From Chthonomonadales bacterium (GTDB lineage: Bacteria > Armatimonadota > Chthonomonadetes > Chthonomonadales > Chthonomonadaceae), in NCBI GenBank assembly GCA_038217285.1, contig JBBQPO010000125.1, positions 1 to 16,865 of the forward strand: DNA of 16,865 bases. Direction: 5' to 3'. Below are positions 6,821 through 15,000 of this stretch, one piece after another (within the stretch, counting starts at the first letter, position 1; each line of letters starts with the position of its first letter). A program made the translations under genes and the position numbers. The notes beneath the pieces were generated by a model. It did no database searches. It was not told where the DNA came from and saw only the letters and a program-made list of their open reading frames with translations.

Positions 6821-9487
6821 TTGAAACGATCACTCCTTGCGCTCAAACTCGCCTTTGCCGTTGGCCTTTCGGGTTCCGCCGCGCTGCGGGCGGACGAGAC
6901 CCACCTATATCTGGCAAACGACGACCACACCGACTACATGTGGACAGCCGATGCTGACACGTACAACGCCGTTTTCGTGGATATGCTCGATTATTACCTG
7001 CATCTTGCGGATAAGACGCACAGCAACCCCAGCCCTTTTCAAAGCCGTTTCAATGCCGACGGCAGCTACTGGCTCTGGAACTATGAGCGGCAAAAAACGC
7101 CTGCCGAGTTCGAGCGCTTGATGAAGCGTGTCAGGGACGGGCATATCAGCGCGCCGCTCAACACCCTGGTCTCCTGCTATGGGGCGCAGCCCATGGAGGC
7201 CGTACTGCGCGGCATGTACTACTCAGGGCGATTGGAGCGGCGGTATAAGGTGCGCTTTCCGCTCGCCATGGCGATGGAGGATCAGACCCTGCCGCTCGGT
7301 CTGTCCTCGTTGTGGGCGGGCGCGGGTGCGCGTTATAGTTGGAAGGGCGTCTGCGGCTGCGCCAGCCAGATACCGAACTCCTCACTGTCCAAACGGGATC
7401 ATGAGATCTACTGGTATACCGGGCTGGACGGGCAGCGTATTCTGATGAAGTGGTATTCGCTGGGGCCGCGCCTTATGGGGACCTACCTTGAAGCGGGCGA
7501 CCCGGAGTTTGCCATCAAGTTCCTGGACTCGGACGCGGGCTTTCTCAGCCGGTACACGGACGTTAAAACTGGCAAGCCGTACTCCGTCCGGGCGGCATTC
7601 GGATTAGGAGGCGATGCCCTCGCGCGCAAGACCGGCGTGCCCGCCGATCCCGGCATTCCTAAAGAGCCGGGCGTTCAGCAGGGCGTGATCGGCTTTCCTT
7701 ACACCGAGCATTTTTACGTCACCGCGAAAAAGCAGACCACCAAAAACCGCCGGGTGATCGTTTCCAACACAACGGATTTTTTCGAGGATTTTGAAAAGCG
7801 TTATGGGGCTGATCTGCCCTCGGAAAGCGTCACGTATGGCAACGAGTGGGACCTGTACTCGGCCTCGATGGCGGAAACCTCGGCGCGTGTCCGCCGCTCG
7901 GTCGAAAAGCTGCGGGTGGCGGAATTTATGAGTACGCTTGTCAGTCTGCAAAAGCCCGCCTTCCTGAAGGGAGGTGAAAAGGCGCGGGATCAGGCCTTTA
8001 CCGCTCTCGGCCTATACTGGGAGCATGACTGGACAGCGGACGGTCCCATTTCCCGCGCCGCCCGCGCCGCCTGGCAGGATCTGCTTGCCGTTCAAATCGA
8101 AACCTATGTCAATCCCCTCCATGCCGACTCCACCGCGCGTCTGGGGTACCTGATTCAAAAACCCGCTGCCGCGCGGCGCTTCTATGTACTCAATCCGCTC
8201 GGCTCGGCGCGTGCGGATTTCGCGGATTTCGCCTACACAGGTTCCGCCAATATCCATGTCCGCGATGTGACCACTGGAAGAGAAGTGCCGCACCAGATCG
8301 TTACGCTCGACGGCGTGAGCAGTCTGCGGATTCTGGCCGACGACGTGCCTCCGGCAGGCTACAAGACCTATGAGATTTTGAGCGGCCCCGGCGCGGCGCA
8401 GACGCCTGCGGCGACGGTGAGAGCCGATCATCGCACCCTCGAAAACAGCATGGTAAAGCTGGTTATCGATCCAGATGGGGCCATCGCCAGTTTGATAGAC
8501 AAGACACGGGGCAACGCGGAACTTGCCGCCACAATAGGGGGATTGAAACTCAACGACCTGTCGCCCGGTGACGATTCCGGGGCGATCACAATAGAAAACA
8601 GCGGGCCGGTATCCGTCACGCTGCGCTGCACCAGCAGCGCAGGAGTAGAGCATACGACCTGGATAACGCTGTATCGCGACTCGGACCGCATTGACATTCG
8701 CAACCACATCACGGCAAACTTCAACACCGTCCGCTACTGGAGTTTCGGGTTTAATCTCGTGTCCCCCGACATCCACACCGAGGAGGTCGGCGCGGTCATT
8801 CGGGACCGCCTCAAATCACAGGGCGGCGATTACGCCGATGCGCGCGCCCGCTACGATCATGTGACCCTGAACCACTTTGCCGACATTACGGACGGCGCGG
8901 GAACAAGAGGCGTCACGCTCTCCAACGCCGATTGCAGCTTTGCAAAGCTGGGCAGCAGCACGGTGAAAGTTCTTGACACCGCCACCCCGCAAATCAATGT
9001 ACTGGCAGGCGGCCAGGTAGATGGCAGGTATCTGGGCATTCAGGACCAGAACGGGGCCACTAGCTTTGTGCAGAGGTTTGCACTGCGTCCGCATGGCGCC
9101 TATGACCCGGTGACCGCCATGCGGTTTGCGCTCGAACACCAGAACCCGCTCGTCGCCGGAGGAATCAATGGAACGGAAACCAGCCCTTATCCGGCTGACC
9201 GGTACTCGCTGCTGACGCTCAGCGACCCCAGCGTTCTGCTGTGGGCGATCAAGCCTGCCGAGGAAGGAATAGACAGGGGCGTGATTGCGCGGCTGTGGAA
9301 CCTGACAGACAGGCCGCGCACCGTTCGGGCGACCCTGTCTGGCGGCCTCTCCGCCGCCAAACAAACGACCCACATCGAGACCGATCTCGCGCCCCTGCCG
9401 GTCACAGACGGCGCGGTCGATGTCACCATGGGCCGCAATCAAATTCAAACGATTCGCCTGATCGTGCCGACCTCCAGGCCGAAATAA
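6821..9487 (+). CDS. Secreted GH38-like (alpha-mannosidase-related) glycoside hydrolase, 888 aa
   Basis: TTG start with GAGGA RBS and a signal peptide ending ...AALRA. N-terminal HxDxxW (DHTDYMW) metal motif, EHDW middle motif, V.NPL...R, VPP.GYKTY, LEN...L.ID..G.I.SL.DK and a C-terminal KPAEEG....RLWN...I.T domain typical of GH38 architecture. Confidence 0.75.
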   Translation: MKRSLLALKLAFAVGLSGSAALRADETHLYLANDDHTDYMWTADADTYNAVFVDMLDYYLHLADKTHSNPSPFQSRFNADGSYWLWNYERQKTPAEFERLMKRVRDGHISAPLNTLVSCYGAQPMEAVLRGMYYSGRLERRYKVRFPLAMAMEDQTLPLGLSSLWAGAGARYSWKGVCGCASQIPNSSLSKRDHEIYWYTGLDGQRILMKWYSLGPRLMGTYLEAGDPEFAIKFLDSDAGFLSRYTDVKTGKPYSVRAAFGLGGDALARKTGVPADPGIPKEPGVQQGVIGFPYTEHFYVTAKKQTTKNRRVIVSNTTDFFEDFEKRYGADLPSESVTYGNEWDLYSASMAETSARVRRSVEKLRVAEFMSTLVSLQKPAFLKGGEKARDQAFTALGLYWEHDWTADGPISRAARAAWQDLLAVQIETYVNPLHADSTARLGYLIQKPAAARRFYVLNPLGSARADFADFAYTGSANIHVRDVTTGREVPHQIVTLDGVSSLRILADDVPPAGYKTYEILSGPGAAQTPAATVRADHRTLENSMVKLVIDPDGAIASLIDKTRGNAELAATIGGLKLNDLSPGDDSGAITIENSGPVSVTLRCTSSAGVEHTTWITLYRDSDRIDIRNHITANFNTVRYWSFGFNLVSPDIHTEEVGAVIRDRLKSQGGDYADARARYDHVTLNHFADITDGAGTRGVTLSNADCSFAKLGSSTVKVLDTATPQINVLAGGQVDGRYLGIQDQNGATSFVQRFALRPHGAYDPVTAMRFALEHQNPLVAGGINGTETSPYPADRYSLLTLSDPSVLLWAIKPAEEGIDRGVIARLWNLTDRPRTVRATLSGGLSAAKQTTHIETDLAPLPVTDGAVDVTMGRNQIQTIRLIVPTSRPK

Positions 9488-9684
9488 CGATAGACCACAA
9501 TGGCACAATGGAGGGTTGGAAGGATTTAGAGAAATATTCCCGAATAGACAATTATAAGCGTAGCGAGAGTGGCAGCCAATGCGTGGGGAGGTACGGCGAT
9601 GCGTATTCTGACTTTGTATGGTGAACGCTTCCTGTGCTGGCGGCTATTGTGGCTGCAAAGCAATTATCTCAAGAAGGAGCAAGT

Positions 9685-10854
9685 ATGACGCTTCGTATCG
9701 GCTTCATTGGGGCAGGTCAGATCGCCGGATGGCATCTGAATGGATTGGCGGAACTGAACCGGCAGCAAGGCGATGGCGGGGAACCCTTCTACGAACTGGT
9801 TGCTCTGGCCGATCCCCGTGCCGAGTCGTGCGCGGCTCTGGCAACTCAGGCGCAAACCGTTTTGGGGAACGCGCCCCGTCTGTACGAAGATTACCGTGAG
9901 ATGTTGAGCAAAGAGCGGCTGGATGTGGCGGCCCTTCTTGTTCCACATCACATCCACTGGTCCATCGCTCGGGACTGCCTGGACGCGGGCCTCCATCTTC
10001 AGGTGCAAAAGCCTATTGCCATCACGATTGCCGATGGGCGTCGGATCCTCGACTATGCGCGTGAGAAAGGCCGTGCGCTCGTGGTCTCGGAGCCATCTAT
10101 CCTGGGCCGCAAAAACCGGGCGTTGCTCACAGCCCTGCGCGAAGGCATCCTGGTCGGCACACCCACGATGCTGCTGGACTATGCGGTCTGCACACTGCAT
10201 GGCGGATTCTTCATGGGAACACCCTGGCGTCATCTGAAAGGCATGGCAGGCGCAGGGTGGTTTCTCGATCACGGCGTACACCGCACGCACTGGTTCCTCG
10301 AAGCCTTCGGCTCCGTGGCCGAAGCCTATGGGCGAGCGAACACTTTCGAACCGAAACGGCAGGACGCCCAACATGGCGCCTTTGCCGTAGACACCGAAGA
10401 TTGCGCCATGACGGTGCTGCAGTTTGCCAGCGGCGTCATGGGGCACTGGATGGTCGCTTCCGCCGGGCATGGATCTGGATTTGGCAGTGTGCGCGTCTAT
10501 GGGACGAAGGGCGTGGCAATGCTTGATACCGGCAGCGCGCAGCACGATGGTGGAGAACTGCGAAAGATAGACGAACTGACCGCGCCATACCTGGAAGAAA
10601 CAATACCTAATGATGCGATGGCGCACTCTTTTGCAGAACTCTACGCCCTTATTACCGCCGGAATACCGCCCATCAGCAGCGGGGAACGCGCGCTTGAAGC
10701 GCTCGCAGTCGTCTATACCTGCCTGGAAGCCTCGCTACAGGGAAAGCCTGTCCGCGTTGACGATGTGCTTTCCGGCGCTATGCATCGCTATGAAGACACA
10801 ATCGAAGCGGCACGGGCGCAGTGGCTCGATGTGCCAGCCGCGCATGTCTCGTAA
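9685..10854 (+). CDS. Gfo/Idh/MocA family NAD(P)-dependent oxidoreductase (probable sugar dehydrogenase)
   Basis: The start is reassigned from the track's 9634 to ATG 9685 (AAGGAG at 9674-9679). Rossmann motif LRIGFIGAGQIA, P.H.H, QKP (a variant of EKP), G..LDHGVH and DTED.A. Confidence 0.9.
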   Translation: MTLRIGFIGAGQIAGWHLNGLAELNRQQGDGGEPFYELVALADPRAESCAALATQAQTVLGNAPRLYEDYREMLSKERLDVAALLVPHHIHWSIARDCLDAGLHLQVQKPIAITIADGRRILDYAREKGRALVVSEPSILGRKNRALLTALREGILVGTPTMLLDYAVCTLHGGFFMGTPWRHLKGMAGAGWFLDHGVHRTHWFLEAFGSVAEAYGRANTFEPKRQDAQHGAFAVDTEDCAMTVLQFASGVMGHWMVASAGHGSGFGSVRVYGTKGVAMLDTGSAQHDGGELRKIDELTAPYLEETIPNDAMAHSFAELYALITAGIPPISSGERALEALAVVYTCLEASLQGKPVRVDDVLSGAMHRYEDTIEAARAQWLDVPAAHVS

Positions 10855-11040
10855 CAGCAGAACACGGCAGGCACACTATCTCATAATAGGATGCAGGGCA
10901 TGGACATCGGCTTGACCTGTCCGCTTGCTATTTCCTTGCTCTACAGCAGGAAAATGCCTGTTGCTGCCGAAAGACAAGAGATCGCTCGACGCAAGAAGGC
11001 AGACACCGAGGCGACACACGACCAGTTCTTGCTCAGTCCT

Positions 11041-11407
11041 TCACAGAAGAACTGCTCGCCTCCGTCTTTGCGGGGCAGGACAAAGACATCGGTGTCGTGG
11101 CGTTGGGCGACTTTCTGGATCTGAACCTGTTTTTTTCTCTTGCGCGCCGAGGCACTCTTGGCTATTTGGGAGCAGTTCTTGCTCGATGCGCGGGAGTGTT
11201 TCGTTCTTAAACTGTTCGACCGCTTCGTCGATGGCATCTAACGTGTCGAGATTGCCTGGTAGGACGAAGATCTGTTCGGTGGACTGGCTATCCTCAGTTT
11301 CGACGATACCGCGGATCTTGGGCATGAGGGACTCCTTCGGAGAGAATGAAGCGAGTCTACTACATCACGAGATTTGCGACACAAAGAAAAAATGTTAACT
11401 GAATTCC
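11041..11407 (-). mobile_element. Probable truncated insertion-sequence remnant (small N-terminal ORF of a frameshifted transposase, possibly ISKra4/ISLre2-like)
   Basis: 94-aa ORF 11325-11041 with a strong AAGGAG RBS. The helical acidic segment LDAIDEAVEQFKNETLPRIEQELL runs into an A7 tract (11136-11130, ..QEKKT), after which the protein looks unstructured. Candidate left end GGAATTCAGTTAAC (11407-11394). No DDE domain or partner inverted repeat is seen. The family assignment is from recall only. Confidence 0.4.
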
Positions 11408-11540
11408 AGAGGTTTCATCTGCTTTTCATGTTTGGCGGCTACAATGCGGATGTAAACTTGGAAGCAGACCTGGATCGCTTTACCGGTAATCGACGACCGC
11501 CGGGTATGCAATGAGCTGTGCCAATAGAAAGGGGGATCAA

Positions 11541-12059
11541 ATGTCAGAACGCATAGGGGTTGCGCGAATAGGTGGTGAGTATAGACTAATGTCAGGAGTG
11601 ACGATTAAGGAAGGCGAATTCCTATTTCGAATTAATGGCGAGATGAAGCGACATCCGTCGCGATATTCGGTTCAAGTCGGGCACGATTGCCACATCGACC
11701 TGGGGCAAGGAGACGACCTTCAGGAGATTCTCGACCGATACTACTGGCGCTTTATGAACCATCACTGTGATCCAAACGCAATAGTCCGAGGCCAGGACGT
11801 GTACGCCATCCGCGCGATCTCAGCTTGGGAACAGATCACCTTTAACTACAATACAACAGAGTACATGTTGGCCGAGCCGTTCGCGTGCCACTGCGACAGT
11901 CGCTCGTGCAGCGGACTGATTCAGGGCTTCAAATCTCTGTCCGATACGGAACGGGAGCGCATGCGCTCTTGGCTAGCTCCGCATTTGCTGGACCTGCTTG
12001 ACGGCAGGCGAGCGCCTGGCCCGGATGCCGTCGTATCCGATGTGTGCGCCGCGTTTTGA
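11541..12059 (+). CDS. SET-domain methyltransferase with post-SET zinc motif
   Basis: FMNHHCDPN (NHxCxPN), A.R.I...EQITFNY (ELxxDY-type) and post-SET CHCDSRSC (CxCx4C). The start is placed at ATG 11541 behind AAAGGGGG; ATG 11511 is the alternative. Confidence 0.9.
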   Translation: MSERIGVARIGGEYRLMSGVTIKEGEFLFRINGEMKRHPSRYSVQVGHDCHIDLGQGDDLQEILDRYYWRFMNHHCDPNAIVRGQDVYAIRAISAWEQITFNYNTTEYMLAEPFACHCDSRSCSGLIQGFKSLSDTERERMRSWLAPHLLDLLDGRRAPGPDAVVSDVCAAF

Positions 12060-15000
12060 CGACCCAATGTGGTTACTCATCGCGGTCTGAACCATCTCTG
12101 CTTCATCACTTCTTCGAGCAGATAGCCCTGGAAAAGCCGCTTTCGACTGCGGTAGATGTGCCGCCAGGCAGCACACGTCCCGCGCGGCGAACAGTGACGT
12201 ACGCGGATCTCAAGCTTCAATCCGATGGTCTGGCCTGGCGAATTCGCCCTGCGATCTCAGCCGGTTCTGTGGCAGCGGTGCTCCTCCCGAGGGATTCCGA
12301 GTGTCTCTACATCGCTCAACTTGCGATATTGAAGGCCGGGGCAGCGCACCTCTGTATTGATCCGTCCTTCCCCGATGATCAGATCCGCGACATTCTCGCG
12401 GATTCCGGAGCAGTCGTACTCCTGACCGACGCCATGGGAAATGCTCGCGCCGGAGAGCGCCACTACAATGTAGGCCAAATTATTGACGTGATGGACGACA
12501 TCTGGCTGCAACACGATGGAGCAGCCCCGCCCCCGGAGCCGGAATGGCTTTGCCCAGAAAGTCCGGCTTACCTGATCTACACATCAGGAACGACTGGCCG
12601 GCCGAAAGGCGTCGTGATCTCCCACAGCAGCATCGTTAGCCTCGTTCGCTCCGATATCCAGGAATTCGCTCTCTCGCCTGACAGCCGCGTGGCACAGGGA
12701 TCCTCTGCCGCCTATGACTCGTCAGTGGAAGAGACCTGGTTGGCGCTTGCGGCCGGCGCTACATTGGTTGTAATGGATGACGAAGCCGCCAGATCTGGTC
12801 CTGACCTGATAGAATGGTTGCGCCGCGAACGCGTTTCGGTTCTCTGCCCCCCACCGACACTGTTACGTGCGACAGGCTGTGCGGATCCGGAGAAAGAGCT
12901 GCCGGATCTGAAACTTCTGTACGTCGGCGGCGAAGCGCTGCCGAGGGACGTGGCCGATCGATGGGCAATGGGGCGCAGGCTGGTTAATGGCTATGGCCCG
13001 ACGGAGTGTACCGTGACGGCACTGCGAGCAGACGTACTCCCTTCTGAACCCATCACCATTGGCTGGCCCGTTAGCGGGATGCAGGCGTGGGTGTTAGACG
13101 ATTCTCTCAATCTCGTCCCAGACGGCGAGCCCGGTGAGCTTTGCCTCGGTGGGGTCGGCCTCGCCCTCGGCTATCACAATCGCCCGGAGCTGAACACGGC
13201 GAAATTTCCGTTGCATTCCGGGTTTGGACGCATCTACCGCACGGGAGACCTGGTTCACCGCCAAGCAGACGGCGCGTTCGTCTACCACGGGCGCATCGAC
13301 TCCCAGGTAAAATTGCGAGGTTACCGAATTGAATTGGAAGCGATCGAGACTTGCCTCTCAGAATGCGAAGGAGTGCGTGAGGCTGCGTGCCGATTGCAGG
13401 GCGAAGGTGTGCAGCAAACTCTCGCAGCCTTCATTGTTCCCGAGGACGACAGGAGGCCGCCACGGTTTGACGATCTTATGGAGTCTCTCAGTAGATCCCT
13501 TCCATCGTATATGGTTCCGGGCCTTTTCGGCACGCTGGCAGATCTGCCCAAAAGCATTGGCGGAAAGCTCAAACGCAATGATCTTCCCCATATCGATGTA
13601 GCGGTCCGGAAAAGCGGACGGACGCTGCTGCGACCGCGAAATACTGTCGAAAGCAACCTGGCAGGGTCCTTCTGCAGCGTACTCGCAATACCGGGCGATA
13701 TCTCTGTCGACGATGACTTCTTTAAAGACCTCGGCGGGAGTTCGCTTCAGGCTGCCCAGTTGATTTCCCGTCTTCGCGAGGACACTTCGACTGCATCGAT
13801 CACGGTTCGGGATCTTTACGAAGCCCGCACTGTGGCGCGATTGGCGCTGCGCACAACGATCGCGGTCGAAGTAGAGCAACTGCCCGAACTGCCGCAAGGT
13901 AGATCTGCCGTTAGCTCCGTATCTCCCACTCTTGTACAGATCCTCTGGTTGTGGATCGAATTATTGGTGGCCACCGGCATTGCCTATGTTACGGCGTATC
14001 GATGTTTCCCGTGGCTTCTTGACCATCTTAGTCCGGCAGCAATTGTACTGCTGGCTTTACCGATGATGATCCTTGGCCTGATGTTGTATTGTCCAATTTC
14101 AATTCTCGCAGCAGTCGCCATCAAACGTATACTAATCGGGAGATACCAACCACAACGCGTGCCGGTTTGGAGCAATTTTTACATCCGCAACTGGATTGTT
14201 CAACAGGTCGTGAGAATTGTACCGTGGAACGTCCTCGCAGGAACTGAGTTTCAGATAATTGCGTTGCGCGCGCTTGGAGCAAAGATAGGCCACCACGTGC
14301 ACATTCACCGCGGTGTCAATCTGCTCATGGGTGGTTGGGATCTGCTCGACATCGGCGATGAAGTATCGATTGGTCAGGACGCGACCGTGCGGATGGTGGA
14401 GTTCGATGACGGTCAGATTGTCGTTGGGTCCGTTTCGATTGGAGACGGCGTGACACTGGAAGTGCGTTCAGGCGTTGGTCCGAACACACACATTGAACCG
14501 GGAGCATATCTTACCGCACTCTCCTCTCTTCCATCCGGCTCGCGAATTCCCTGTGGAGAACGATGGGATGGAATACCCGCGCAGCCCGCTGGTCCCGCCC
14601 CTTCCGTGCCGCAGATTCCGAATCGACAGATAGATCTTTCTCCCCTGGCTTTCGGGACGGCCCTGATCACGGCACAGTGTGTTCTCTGGACTGTACTGGC
14701 TCTGCCGCCGGAGATGCTCCTCGTCGCCGCAGCTTTGAGGACCAGATTAAAGTCCGCATCGATTTCCGACGTCCTTCTCCATCCGGGGCATGCAGTTCTG
14801 GGATTGCTTCTGCTGATTGCGCTTCTGTGCGTGTCGCTGCCGGTCGCGCTGGTTTTTGAAGCGCTGGTGGCTCGAGGCATGGGCAGCGTTCCCGAAGGCG
14901 TTATCAGCCGCTGGAGTCTGGCTTACATCCGTATCTGGCTGAAAGCGGAACTCGTCGATTATGCTGGCTTCTGGCTGAGCGGCGCGATGTTCTGGCCGAC

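Noticed and set aside
8012-9508. 254-aa and 230-aa minus strand ORFs
   Set aside because: Antisense to the GH38-like gene, with no recognisable domain.
9634-9684. GTG 9634 as the oxidoreductase start
   Set aside because: ATG 9685 has an AAGGAG RBS and directly precedes the Rossmann motif.
9664-10626. 320-aa minus strand ORF
   Set aside because: Antisense shadow of the Gfo/Idh/MocA gene, with no motifs.
10930-10955. Hairpin TTTCCT-T-GCT-CTAC-AGC-AGGAAA downstream of the oxidoreductase as an intrinsic terminator
   Set aside because: Bulged, AT-rich stem with no following U-tract on either strand.
10891-11398. Short + strand ORFs (77 aa and 157 aa) and the minus 98-aa ORF 10941-11237 as standalone genes
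   Set aside because: No motifs, and they overlap the better-supported minus-strand ORF 11041-11325 that has a strong RBS.
11414-11445. TACAAT (11440-11445) as the -10 of the SET-NRPS operon promoter
   Set aside because: Plausible -10, but there is no -35 at 16-18 bp spacing and no TGn extension, so it is not supported enough to call.
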